Shown here piece after piece: positions 27,646 through 37,063 of a stretch of 41,791 nt of DNA. The stretch covers positions 1,239,843 through 1,281,633 of the forward strand of contig CP070689.1 of NCBI GenBank assembly GCA_020353155.1, given 5' to 3'. Numbering within the stretch: the first letter of the stretch is position 1; each line of letters begins with the position of its first letter. The translations under genes and the position numbers were made by a program. Below the pieces are notes generated by a model. The model was not told the origin of the DNA and did not search any database. It worked only from the letters and a program-made list of their open reading frames with translations. Source of the DNA: Deltaproteobacteria bacterium. Lineage in GTDB: Bacteria; Desulfobacterota; Syntrophobacteria; BM002.

Positions 27646-27877
27646 AGTGAAACTACGTCTCTTTCCTTTCACCCTGTTCTTCCAACAATAATGTCTAATA
27701 CTGACCACTTAAAGTGTACTTGTCAAGAAGACCTCCTTCTTTGCTTGCTGCATAAGGTGTTTGAGATGTAGCAGAATATCATGCCCTTGCAACGAAACAG
27801 TGGGCAAGCATCATCTTATCTCCCTAAAATTGCGCACTTTCTACTTTTTTTTCGAGAAAGGGGCCCCATCTTTAAAC

Positions 27878-27893
27878 TTGGCACTCTTATTGC
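27878..27893 (+). promoter_or_regulatory. sigma54 promoter upstream of the SPOR protein gene
   Basis: TTGGCAC-TCTTA-TTGC. Confidence 0.8.
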
Positions 27894-27997
27894 GAGAGGT
27901 TTAACCCGAATATTTGATGAATTGGTGCACGCCAAGAAAGTCGCGCAAGAATATTAATCCAGTTGTTGGGAATTTCTCAGAAATGGAACAAGGAACA

Positions 27998-29287
27998 ATG
28001 ACAGAGTTCTATTGCAAGAATTCAAGGCCAGGAGTTTTGCTAGATAAACAAGAGCAAATCCGGCTGTGGCTAATAATACTTTTGACCACCTTATTTTGCC
28101 TTTCTTTCATCCCCCATTTGGCTCAGGCGAAGAATAAATATTATTATGTCCATGTCGGTTCATTCAGAGCTAAGAGCAATGCAGTTAGAGTCGCAGAGGA
28201 CTTACAAAAAAAAGGATACAGTGCGGTGGTCAGGGGCGAAGAGGTCCCCAAACTGGGATACTGGTATCGCATATACCTTGGCCCTTTCTCCACCTACAAG
28301 GAGGCAAAAATAAGAAGTGACGAATTGAAGAAGAGAGGGCTTGTCAAGTACACTGCCATTTATGGTAAGGACTCTCCCATTAGGGAGGACATGGCGAAAG
28401 CACCTAGGATTGAAAAAAGGCCAGCTCTTGTTCCGCCGCCGCCTCCAAAGACTGAACCATCGGTTGCAAAGAAACCAACTGCAATACAGCCCCAAAAGGT
28501 AACCCCAGCAGAGGCCAAAAAAGCTCCTCCTGTCTCACCTACACCGCCCCCTGCCAAGCCGCCACCAGTCAAAGTCAAAGCAGAACCTCTTGAGGAGGGA
28601 CCGTTGTGGCAGAAGAGAGGATACGGCAGGAATGTTGCGGGGGGCAAGTTTTCACTTGCTTGGCAGCACACCTACCGAGAAGTCCAGACTGAGGTAACCG
28701 ATCGTAAAAATGGTTCGGTTTCAGGCAATGAAAAATATAAATTCGATACTGAAATGCACCTGGATATGTTGAGGATCGGCTTCGGGATTACTGATTTCTT
28801 GGGACTGTTTGCCGATGTCGGTGTCTGTTATGACGACTTTGACGACATCAATTTGGCTTACGGAGGAGGGGCCCGGCTAAATCTTTTCGAAGTAAAAAAT
28901 GGCACCATGCGAGGATTTTACTCTACCCTTCAGGCGGAGTATTATAAGGGCAAGCTGGAAACTGATTATCAGTCAGTGGGGGGAAACAAATTCTCCAAAG
29001 AAGCTGATTGGTGGGAATTTTCCGGCAAGGGAGAATTAGGACTTGTGCGTGATCGTTTTGCCCTCTACTTTGGGGCGACTTATTTCATGTACAGCGAAGA
29101 CACCGATCGCAAACAGCTGGAAAACACACCACCAACTGTTGTATATGAAGACGACTTGGAAGAGGAAAACAGCTTCGGCGCCTACGGCGGTCTTTCCCTT
29201 CATCTGACTCCAGGGCTATTGATAAACGTGGAGGGTCAAATCCTAACTCAGAACTCCATTGCCGCAATGGTTGAATACCGTTTTTAA
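27998..29287 (+). CDS. SPOR-domain protein with Pro/Lys linker and C-terminal outer-membrane beta-barrel
   Basis: Signal peptide ending AQA; YYVHVGSFR..NA..L..KGY..WYRIYLGPF (SPOR); amphipathic beta-strands ending VEYRF. Confidence 0.82.
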   Translation: MTEFYCKNSRPGVLLDKQEQIRLWLIILLTTLFCLSFIPHLAQAKNKYYYVHVGSFRAKSNAVRVAEDLQKKGYSAVVRGEEVPKLGYWYRIYLGPFSTYKEAKIRSDELKKRGLVKYTAIYGKDSPIREDMAKAPRIEKRPALVPPPPPKTEPSVAKKPTAIQPQKVTPAEAKKAPPVSPTPPPAKPPPVKVKAEPLEEGPLWQKRGYGRNVAGGKFSLAWQHTYREVQTEVTDRKNGSVSGNEKYKFDTEMHLDMLRIGFGITDFLGLFADVGVCYDDFDDINLAYGGGARLNLFEVKNGTMRGFYSTLQAEYYKGKLETDYQSVGGNKFSKEADWWEFSGKGELGLVRDRFALYFGATYFMYSEDTDRKQLENTPPTVVYEDDLEEENSFGAYGGLSLHLTPGLLINVEGQILTQNSIAAMVEYRF

Positions 29288-29288
29288 T

Positions 29289-30155
29289 CTAAATGGGATA
29301 GCCGTGGTTGAGTTGGAAGGTATTGCCTTTTTGTAAATCGGCAGGAAAGACAAACTGTTCGAACTCGCGAGGTTCCGCCCCGTCCATTTCTACCTGAACT
29401 ATATAGCCCTGTTCAGGTACCAACCAAAAGACCTCAAAGTCAGGGTTCTCCACATCAACGATTATACGGGTGTATTCTTCATCAGCCTCACTTAGGTCTC
29501 CACTGAGGTCTTTGTCTAAAAATATTGTGACCATGGCTTCGACTGACTTGTATTCCCCAAAAGTCCCAGCAGCAATTTCTCCTCGTATGGAAGCCGCCTC
29601 CTTGGTGGGATTGATGTGCAAGACAGGTTCGAGCTTATATGAATGAGTTGGCGGTGGACCAGATATTGAAAGTGACTGGCTCAAGTCAAAATCGATGGTG
29701 AGATCCAGCGTCTTGCCACCCTTCAACTCGAAGTGAAATTCCCTTTCGATGCTCAAGCTCCCTGAGGGTAAAGCAACAGAATAAAAAACCCCCCCACTTA
29801 GCACAGCCACGCTACTAACTGAGGCTCGAATCTTGTCATATTTACTGGCCTCCAGTTTCGCTGGCTTCACCAAATGAGAGGTGTTACCTGAATGCAACTC
29901 GAGCAAATCAATGGCATAGGGCGAATTTACCAACTCCAAAGATATCCAGTCTCCAGCCTCACTGTGGACAAAGAACTCCTCAAATGTGATAAAAACCGCC
30001 TCAACTCCATGAGGAAGAGAGGGTCGTGCATCTGTTACCCGCACAAACAAAGTGCTCGATCCTCCGTTGAAGGAGACGAAAAACGAGACTCGGCAACCGA
30101 AAAAAAACACTAAAACCAGCATTGTTAGCAGGAGATATAACTCAATTTTTCTCAT
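29289..30155 (-). CDS. DUF4382-domain (lipo)protein
   Basis: FFGC lipobox-like; V.VTDA, IDLLEL, LTIDFDLSQS and YKLEPV motifs. Confidence 0.8.
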   Translation of the reverse strand: MRKIELYLLLTMLVLVFFFGCRVSFFVSFNGGSSTLFVRVTDARPSLPHGVEAVFITFEEFFVHSEAGDWISLELVNSPYAIDLLELHSGNTSHLVKPAKLEASKYDKIRASVSSVAVLSGGVFYSVALPSGSLSIEREFHFELKGGKTLDLTIDFDLSQSLSISGPPPTHSYKLEPVLHINPTKEAASIRGEIAAGTFGEYKSVEAMVTIFLDKDLSGDLSEADEEYTRIIVDVENPDFEVFWLVPEQGYIVQVEMDGAEPREFEQFVFPADLQKGNTFQLNHGYPI

Positions 30156-30157
30156 GC

Positions 30158-30553
30158 CTACTCTCTGTAGGCCTTTTCTAGCGCCTCTTGCACCGCGTTC
30201 ATAATTACTCGGCTACTGTTTGTCGCCCCCGAAACTGCATCAACGGCGGTCGATTGTTCAGCTATTATCCTCTGGGGAATTATCTCATTAGCGTTATCGC
30301 CTTTCCAGGAGGCAAAATGTTTGATCAATTCTATGTCTACAATTTTTCCTTGGGAAATTATCACCCTCACCTTGGCGCTATTGGGCCCATGTCTGTAACC
30401 GCCCTCATATATTCCATCTGCTAATTTTCCCTCTTCAATTTCTGCCCCCCTTATGGGAGCCATTGTGCAGCCAAGGTCAAAGTAGAGCAAGACAGCTAAA
30501 ATTGACAGAAAAAGTATGGGCGAGCAAAATCGCTTAAAGTCAGCTCTATTCAT
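30158..30553 (-). CDS. FMN-binding domain protein
   Basis: LADGIYEG, V.V.I..GKI.DI and VDAVSGATNSS (flavinylation motif). Confidence 0.9.
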   Translation of the reverse strand: MNRADFKRFCSPILFLSILAVLLYFDLGCTMAPIRGAEIEEGKLADGIYEGGYRHGPNSAKVRVIISQGKIVDIELIKHFASWKGDNANEIIPQRIIAEQSTAVDAVSGATNSSRVIMNAVQEALEKAYRE

Positions 30554-30778
30554 TTCCCTGCTTAGGTGGTTATGATCTACAGCCGTTCTTTGATATGTTA
30601 AAATAACGGTCATATACCCGTTAGGAGAGAATTTCTGAAATATTTTGTCATGGACCAAGGTTAGCACAAAGAACTTAAACGGGTCAATTTACTGGGAGAT
30701 AACAATCCAGCCACAGCCGGACATCTAGAAGAATGGGCTGTCCTTATGATTTTTGCATCTTCCACTTGGGATCTTTTG

Positions 30779-31384
30779 ATGAAAAAAAGTCTTCTCCATT
30801 GCTTACTCATACTGTTTGCCATACCCTCCTTAGCTCACAGCGAAGAGCCTACAGATGTGCTGGAAAAGACCGTTACCCTGGGAATAGGCATATTGAAAAA
30901 TCCCCAATATCAGGTGGCAGGCAAAAAGGAGGAACAACGAGAACTGCTCTGCGACACTGCAGGGCGGGTCTTCGACTTCAGGGAGTTCTCCAGGCGGGTT
31001 TTGGCTTCAAAATGGCAGAGCTTCACTGCGGAACAGAGGGATGAATTCGTAGATGTTTTCGCCGAGTTTCTCTGCAAGTACTATATCACTAGGTTGCAGG
31101 AGGGATACAAAGATGAAAAGGTCATCTATCTGAGCCAGCACCTCGTAGGCAGTCGTATAGCTCTCGTCAGAGTTAACGTGCTGTGGAAGGGGGTGGAAGT
31201 TCCAGTGGAAGTGCGGATGTTGAAACGCAATTTCACTTGGAAAGTCTATGATCTTGTCATTTTGGGGATCAGCGGGGTAATGAATTATCGAGCGCAGTTT
31301 CATGCTCTTTTCCGCAATGAAACACCATCCGAGGTGATAGGACGAATTCGGCAAAGAATAAAGGAAGAAGAAAGGAGAGGCTAA
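30779..31384 (+). CDS. MlaC/Ttg2D-family periplasmic phospholipid-binding protein
   Basis: FDFREFSRRVL..W..FT.EQR.EF and WKVYDLVILGIS.V.NYRAQF motifs. Confidence 0.9.
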   Translation: MKKSLLHCLLILFAIPSLAHSEEPTDVLEKTVTLGIGILKNPQYQVAGKKEEQRELLCDTAGRVFDFREFSRRVLASKWQSFTAEQRDEFVDVFAEFLCKYYITRLQEGYKDEKVIYLSQHLVGSRIALVRVNVLWKGVEVPVEVRMLKRNFTWKVYDLVILGISGVMNYRAQFHALFRNETPSEVIGRIRQRIKEEERRG

Positions 31385-31405
31385 CTGATTAGGAAAAAGT
31401 TTTTA

Positions 31406-32224
31406 TTATGTTGACTTTGGGGTTCTCTTTTTTGCCTGGAGCTCTCTGAGCCGTTCGCGGTAATATTTATTGAGGATGTCTTTTACAGCTGGCGACTGTC
31501 GTACCACCTCTTTCATGCTCTCGTAACTTAGTTCGCATAAGAGAGTATCTTCTGCAGCTTGCACAGTTGCAAACCTTGGCGCTGCAGTTAGGAAGGAAAT
31601 CTCTCCGAAGAACTCATTATCCTCTAGGTAAGATACATGAATATCTTTACCCTCGTCGTCTTGAGTCAGCACCTCGGCTTTGCCCTCCAGTACGATGAAC
31701 ATTGATCGGCCCATATCCCCCTCTCGGACAATAACTGTCCCCTGCTTGACAAGCCGCAGCTTTGCCGCCTGGCCTACTTCTGTAAGCTCTTCTTGGGGGA
31801 AATTGGACAGAAAGGGAACTTTGGAAAACGCTTCCTTAAACCGGGCCGGCAGTTCACCACCAGCCGGACCTCGAGAAACATCTGTGTGGGTCAGTTCTTG
31901 AGTCTCACCGCCAACATCTATTCCATCCTGATCATTCTCTTGCAAAAATCGCAGGGCCACATCTCCAACCCAGACAATGTCTCCGCTGGACAGGGCAGCC
32001 TTCTCAACCCTTTCACCGTTTAGGAAAGTTCCATTTCTACTTTCCATATCCTGGACAAATGGTTGTCCATCTTCCAGATAGACTACGGTGTGTTGTCTGG
32101 ATACGGTAGAATGGGTAAGACGGATGTCGTTTTCCTCTCCCCGCCCTATGGTCAATCGGCTGTCCAGAGGAAAGATCATACCTTTTGTAAGCCCTTCCTC
32201 GGCAATGAGGTATGATTGGATCAT
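31406..32224 (-). CDS. FHA + cyclic nucleotide-binding domain protein
   Basis: TIGR..NDI...VSRQH...D..SRNGTFLNG (FHA); REGD.G.SMF...FFGEISFL...PRFATV (cNMP). Confidence 0.92.
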   Translation of the reverse strand: MIQSYLIAEEGLTKGMIFPLDSRLTIGRGEENDIRLTHSTVSRQHTVVYLEDGQPFVQDMESRNGTFLNGERVEKAALSSGDIVWVGDVALRFLQENDQDGIDVGGETQELTHTDVSRGPAGGELPARFKEAFSKVPFLSNFPQEELTEVGQAAKLRLVKQGTVIVREGDMGRSMFIVLEGKAEVLTQDDEGKDIHVSYLEDNEFFGEISFLTAAPRFATVQAAEDTLLCELSYESMKEVVRQSPAVKDILNKYYRERLRELQAKKRTPKST

Positions 32225-32303
32225 TTCGGCCAGATCTCCGTATTCGACTATGCAATCTCTCAGTAGCTTACCAGATTGAAGTTCCTGTCAAAGCACAGCG
32301 AAA

Positions 32304-32945
32304 CTACGCAACTGCATAGACGCCTCTTCGCACCCGCTTGATTGTTCCTTCTTTGGCGGCCCTGTAGACAATGTTCCTAACGGTACTGTCGTTAAGGCCG
32401 GTTGCCTTTATCAAGCTGGCTATATCTATGCCTTTCTTGTACCTCTTTATTGTTTTCAAAACCTCGTCCTTGGGAGATTCTTTCCTCGTCTTTCGGACAG
32501 GGGGCTTTCGCGCTAGGCCTTTTTTCCCGGCAGCAGCCTTAGCAGTTGCCACCGAAGATTTCGCTGTGGTAGCCCGGTCCAGGGTTGAGTTAATCCTCTG
32601 GACATCAACCATCAGAGCTCTGAAGCTATTTACCAATTTTTTTATTCTCTCGTTGCGCTCCGCACCCCCAAGCTTCGATTTTTGCCTCAGGCTATGCAAG
32701 GTCCGGGTCGCCTGGTGAAGAAACTGCATGGAGGCGGGGTCGGCTGAACCTTTTCTTACCCTCAAGTAGTTGCAGACTGGCAGGGTTAAATTAATCAACT
32801 TCTTGCTGTGAGAGTCATCACCGACTTTCTCTTTAAGAACCTCTAATTCCTTCTCAAACTTGCCAATAGTTTGCGGACTGATTTCCCAGTCTAGAGTAAG
32901 AAGGCTTGCCATTAAAGGTTCCAACATATGTTGTTTCCGTGTCAT
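32304..32945 (-). CDS. Hypothetical protein: helical N-domain, Ala/Lys linker, C-terminal winged-helix
   Basis: GIDIASLIKATGL..STVRNIVYR..KEG.IKRVRRGVY; AAGGAG RBS. Confidence 0.8.
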   Translation of the reverse strand: MTRKQHMLEPLMASLLTLDWEISPQTIGKFEKELEVLKEKVGDDSHSKKLINLTLPVCNYLRVRKGSADPASMQFLHQATRTLHSLRQKSKLGGAERNERIKKLVNSFRALMVDVQRINSTLDRATTAKSSVATAKAAAGKKGLARKPPVRKTRKESPKDEVLKTIKRYKKGIDIASLIKATGLNDSTVRNIVYRAAKEGTIKRVRRGVYAVA

Positions 32946-32984
32946 GGTTTGCTCCTTTTACTCAGGAAAGATGTTACTTGCAGG

Positions 32985-33001
32985 AGCACATATCGTGCCA
33001 A
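32985..33001 (-). promoter_or_regulatory. sigma54 promoter
   Basis: Minus strand TTGGCAC-GATAT-GTGCT, about 40 bp upstream of the ATG at 32945. Confidence 0.75.
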
Positions 33002-33069
33002 CTCTTAAGATTTTATATTGTAGATTGGGGAAGACGTCCGTCACCTGCATCAATCTTAAATCTCAAATC

Positions 33070-34056
33070 TTAAATCTCATCATTCTCCCCCACTGGGTTG
33101 TTCAAGAATGATACCACTCGCGCTTCAAACCAGTACTCTTTCCGTTTATTGAAGGAGATAAAAGCCACATGGCCACCCGATCTTGGCATCTCCAGAAAGA
33201 AATTCGGATTTGCCTCTGCCTCCCGCAAGGGATAGCATTGCTCTGAGAGAAAAGGATCGTCCTTGGCATTCACCAGCAGGGTAGGAATGGTGATCTGGGG
33301 GATGAACTGTTTGCAGCTGGCTCGACTGTAATAGTCTTCCGCATCTCTGAAGCCGTGCAGCGGTGCAGTGTAGCGGTCGTCAAATTGTCTGAATGTCTTT
33401 ATCAGATTGTAGCCATCATCACTAATCCTGCCGGGCATGATGCGCATTTTTGCCTTTATCTTCTCATGAAGCATCCGAGTAAATCGTTTCATGTAGATCT
33501 TGTTTGACCTCTTCGCCATTTCCTCTGCTCCTGAGGCCAGGTCGCAAGGCACCGAGCAGGTCACGGCCCCGATAATAGCTTTATTTATCTCCGAACCTCG
33601 CTCTCCCAGATATTTCAAGGTCAAATTGCCACCCAAGCTAAAGCCCACCAATCCTATGGCATGGTATTTTCCCCCTTGGATTATATGTTCCACAACCGCT
33701 TCTAAATCCTCGGTGATCCCGCTGTGATAGGATCGAATTGTCTTGTTGGGCTCGCCACTGCACCCTCTCATGTTCCAAGCCAGTGTGTCCCAGCCGCTAC
33801 GGTTGAGTGCCCTTACAACCCCCAAGACATACCACCGCCCTGAGTTTCCCTCCAAGCCATGGGAAACAACTGCCACTCTACTCGCGCCGACAGAAGACCA
33901 GTCAAGATCGAGAAAATCTTCGTCCGGTGTCCAAATTCGCTCCCTTTTATATCTAACCCCCTTTACTTTTCTAAACAGATAAGGAAAAAGTGTCTGGATA
34001 TGGGCATTACTAAATCCAGGGGGAGGAATATAGCTGGATTCGGCTAATACAGGCAT
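33070..34056 (-). CDS. YheT-family alpha/beta hydrolase
   Basis: HIQTL, HGLEG, RGCSG, YHSG, GFSLGG, NAKDDPF and GGHV motifs. Confidence 0.93.
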   Translation of the reverse strand: MPVLAESSYIPPPGFSNAHIQTLFPYLFRKVKGVRYKRERIWTPDEDFLDLDWSSVGASRVAVVSHGLEGNSGRWYVLGVVRALNRSGWDTLAWNMRGCSGEPNKTIRSYHSGITEDLEAVVEHIIQGGKYHAIGLVGFSLGGNLTLKYLGERGSEINKAIIGAVTCSVPCDLASGAEEMAKRSNKIYMKRFTRMLHEKIKAKMRIMPGRISDDGYNLIKTFRQFDDRYTAPLHGFRDAEDYYSRASCKQFIPQITIPTLLVNAKDDPFLSEQCYPLREAEANPNFFLEMPRSGGHVAFISFNKRKEYWFEARVVSFLNNPVGENDEI

Positions 34057-34151
34057 AGCGCAATCCTCAATGGATTTTTCACCGCATCGCAGTTAAGAAG
34101 TCACTAGATGTGGGATATGGGATATGCTTCGTGTACAAAATTCTCTATGGG

Positions 34152-35045
34152 TTATCCACGACCTTGTTCCCCGCGGACGGCGAGGTAAATTGCTGCCAGG
34201 ATTAGACTCCCTCCGATAAACTTGGTCCAGGTCAAGCCTTCGTCAAAGATTACATAGGCCAGAATAGTTGCGCCAATGGGTTCTCCAAGTAGACTCACGG
34301 CAATTAAGCTGGCGCTAAACCACTTGAGCGCCCAGTTGTAGCTGGTATGGCCAATGATCTGTGATATAAGGGCCATCCCGGCAAAAGCCGCATAAGTACC
34401 CGAGCTGAAACCAACAACCTGAAATCCCAGGGCAATAACTAAACCCCACAAGATTATTGCAGCACTACCGTAGCAAATGATTACGTAGGCGAGCAAGGAA
34501 AGTTTGCGCCTTAAACTACGACCCAGCAAAAGATATACGGCAGCGAAAATGCTGCCCAACAATGCCAAGAAATCGCCCCATAATGCTTGACCACCCGTGG
34601 CAAAATCCCCAGCGCCTATAATGACGCCGCCAATTACACTAGTAAAAATGCCGATTTTAGTCATCAGGGTAAGCCGGTCCTTGCTGATTACAGGTGTCAG
34701 AATCCCTACCCAGAGCGGATTTGTGTTAACCAACACCACACTGTTGGCCACAGAGGTATAAGTCAGAGATGAAATCCAAGCGGTGAAGTGCAAGGCAAGA
34801 AAAAGGCCGGACAATATGGCCAGGACGTAATCCCTCATCTCTAGCCCCATGATCTCATCTCTCACCTTCCACCAGGCTACAGGTGCCAGTATCAATGAGG
34901 CCAGACCAACTCTATATGCTGCGATCACCAAGGCGGGAGCTTCGGCGAGTCTGGCAAAGATAGCGCCAGTGGAAACGGCTAAAACGCCACTGATGAGGGC
35001 TAAAGAGGGATTGAAGGGAGGTCTGTTTTCCATCTCATATGTCAT
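34152..35045 (-). CDS. DMT/EamA-family transporter
   Basis: About 10 TM segments; LALHF..W..SL.YTSVA.S, IGHTSYNWAL and LGEP motifs. Confidence 0.93.
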   Translation of the reverse strand: MTYEMENRPPFNPSLALISGVLAVSTGAIFARLAEAPALVIAAYRVGLASLILAPVAWWKVRDEIMGLEMRDYVLAILSGLFLALHFTAWISSLTYTSVANSVVLVNTNPLWVGILTPVISKDRLTLMTKIGIFTSVIGGVIIGAGDFATGGQALWGDFLALLGSIFAAVYLLLGRSLRRKLSLLAYVIICYGSAAIILWGLVIALGFQVVGFSSGTYAAFAGMALISQIIGHTSYNWALKWFSASLIAVSLLGEPIGATILAYVIFDEGLTWTKFIGGSLILAAIYLAVRGEQGRG

Positions 35046-35090
35046 ATACCACAGCTCGAACGCAATAATTAAGAGACGCCAGCGAGCATA

Positions 35091-35888
35091 TCAAGAACGT
35101 ACCACGATGGTAAAGACGGCAATGTCCGTCCCTGCATGAGCCAGCCAGGGTGCCAACATGCCGCGAGACCGATAGCGCAGGTACCCAAGCAAAAACCCAT
35201 AAACAGAAGCCATTGCCACCCCTGCCAAACCCTTGGGAAAACCGACCTCAGAGTAATGCAACCAGCCAAAAATAACTGCTTGAATCACCAGGGAGATGAT
35301 CCCAGAGCCCACAGCACTGTCTAAAGCCTGCAAAAAAATACCCCTGAAGATGGCCTCCTCAACCGCTGAATTAACCAGGGCAAAAGCCACACCAGCCAGG
35401 GGCAAAAGCCAGATAGGCATGGCAGGTATATTATCCCGACTGGCAGTAAGATCCGGCTGGCAAACTGAGGTCCACACCAGGAGAGCTGCACTTGAAGCTA
35501 CCACAACGATTGATGCTAACAACCAAATGTCTACTCCCAATCGACCTGGACGAATCCAGAGGACTGATTCCCTAAGATGCCGACTTATCCCAACGATGAC
35601 GCCATAAACCACCAGAGGCGTGACTTTGTAGAGAGGCCATGTGCCAAGGAGAGGCATGAGGAGGGGGACTAGGAGCCACAGGGTACAGAAAAGACAAAGG
35701 TGAAATGGTTGAACTGACCTGGTACAAAGGGCTGTGAAAGTTAGCAACAGAAATATGGCGAGCAGCCAGCCGGAGGTGGCTCTGTGCATGGACAAATAGA
35801 TTGCAAAAAAGCAAACCACCGCCAGGGTAATTATTCTTTCCCCCGCCTTACCAAGCGGCGGATCCTCTATTAGCTTCCGAGTAGCCAT
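35091..35888 (-). CDS. CPBP-family (CAAX/Abi) intramembrane metalloprotease
   Basis: EEAIFRG, FGWLH and AHAGTD motifs; the longer ORF start lies in a repeat array. Confidence 0.9.
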   Translation of the reverse strand: MATRKLIEDPPLGKAGERIITLAVVCFFAIYLSMHRATSGWLLAIFLLLTFTALCTRSVQPFHLCLFCTLWLLVPLLMPLLGTWPLYKVTPLVVYGVIVGISRHLRESVLWIRPGRLGVDIWLLASIVVVASSAALLVWTSVCQPDLTASRDNIPAMPIWLLPLAGVAFALVNSAVEEAIFRGIFLQALDSAVGSGIISLVIQAVIFGWLHYSEVGFPKGLAGVAMASVYGFLLGYLRYRSRGMLAPWLAHAGTDIAVFTIVVRS

Positions 35889-35935
35889 AGATCTCCAGTT
35901 TTCAGAGTCCTCCGCTAAGTGCTGAGCACGTTTTT

Positions 35936-36044
35936 CATTTCGCATTTCGCATCTCACATTTCTCATTGATCATTTGCAAAAGAGTTGAAGCGGGGTGTCA
36001 CCAAAATGCGAAATGATAAATGATAAATGCGAATTGAAAAATGG
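35936..36044. repeat. Mirror-image heptamer element: (CATTTNN)6 / spacer / (AAATGNN)6
   Basis: CATTTCG CATTTCG CATCTCA CATTTCT CATTGAT CATTTGC ... AAATGCG AAATGAT AAATGAT AAATGCG AATTGAA AAATGG. Confidence 0.88.
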
Positions 36045-36118
36045 CCTTTCCCTTATCGCTTAAGGCTGACGGCCTGCCAGCCCCTAAAATGAGCCAATTA
36101 ATGTTCGCTGAGAAAGGC

Positions 36119-37063
36119 CTAATGGCTTGGAATGTAGCGCAAATGTGTGGCAAAGTCGAGGAAGAGTGCGAAAAGGGATGCTACAAAAGGAGTGAGAAAC
36201 CAGGCTAGAAAAATATGCAATAGGGTCTTCCGCTTTATTGTATTGACACCTTTAATGATTCCCACCCCCAGAACAGCGCCGATCACTGCCTGAGATGTAG
36301 AAACCGGGACCCCAATCAAAGCATAGATATGGACGGTTACAGCATGGGCCAGCACCACGACCAAGGCAGAAAAAGGATCCAGTTTCACCAGTTTTTTCCC
36401 TACGGTCTCCATTACCCCCCTGCTGAAGGTGAGGATACCTAAGCCGATACTCAATCCCCCAATGAGAGTAGCGGCAGAAAGGTTCAACATTCCAGCACCT
36501 ACAAAAACTGCAGTTACGTTTGCCACATTGTTGGCCCCGAGAGCAAAGGCACCGTAGGAACCAGCAACAATTAGACACAACCTCAGAAGTATATCGGACT
36601 GGAAGATATTTAGGTTCATGCTGTTGGCTATTGCAGCCAACAGTTTATAGACTATTATTCCTAGAACTAGACCCCCCACGGGGGTCCCAACCCAACAAAC
36701 CACAACCTTTTCCAGTCCGGCAAAATTGAGCTGGCGGTTCAAGAGCCCAACTCCCAAAATTGCTCCGACCACCGCTTGGGATGTGGAAACTGGCAGCCCC
36801 AACAGCGTCATGAGGGTTACGGTACAGGCGGCAGCAACAGATGCTATAATAGCTTGATTAGCGGTGAATTGAGTAAGGCCCTGAAGTGTTTCTATGCCGG
36901 ATCGGCCCGCAACCAGCGCACCTACCAGGACGAAGGCAGCGGCTAGAATAGCAGCCGTCCAGAATTTGAGCATTCTCGATGAAACAGCTGAGCCAAAAAC
37001 ATTGGCTGCATCATTAGCACCTAAAGACCAGCCCAGAAATATGCCACCGAGAAGAGAATTCAT
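36119..37063 (-). CDS. PiT-family inorganic phosphate transporter
   Basis: GANDAAN and GANNVAN signatures; two copies of PVSTSQA. Confidence 0.94.
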   Translation of the reverse strand: MNSLLGGIFLGWSLGANDAANVFGSAVSSRMLKFWTAAILAAAFVLVGALVAGRSGIETLQGLTQFTANQAIIASVAAACTVTLMTLLGLPVSTSQAVVGAILGVGLLNRQLNFAGLEKVVVCWVGTPVGGLVLGIIVYKLLAAIANSMNLNIFQSDILLRLCLIVAGSYGAFALGANNVANVTAVFVGAGMLNLSAATLIGGLSIGLGILTFSRGVMETVGKKLVKLDPFSALVVVLAHAVTVHIYALIGVPVSTSQAVIGAVLGVGIIKGVNTIKRKTLLHIFLAWFLTPFVASLFALFLDFATHLRYIPSH

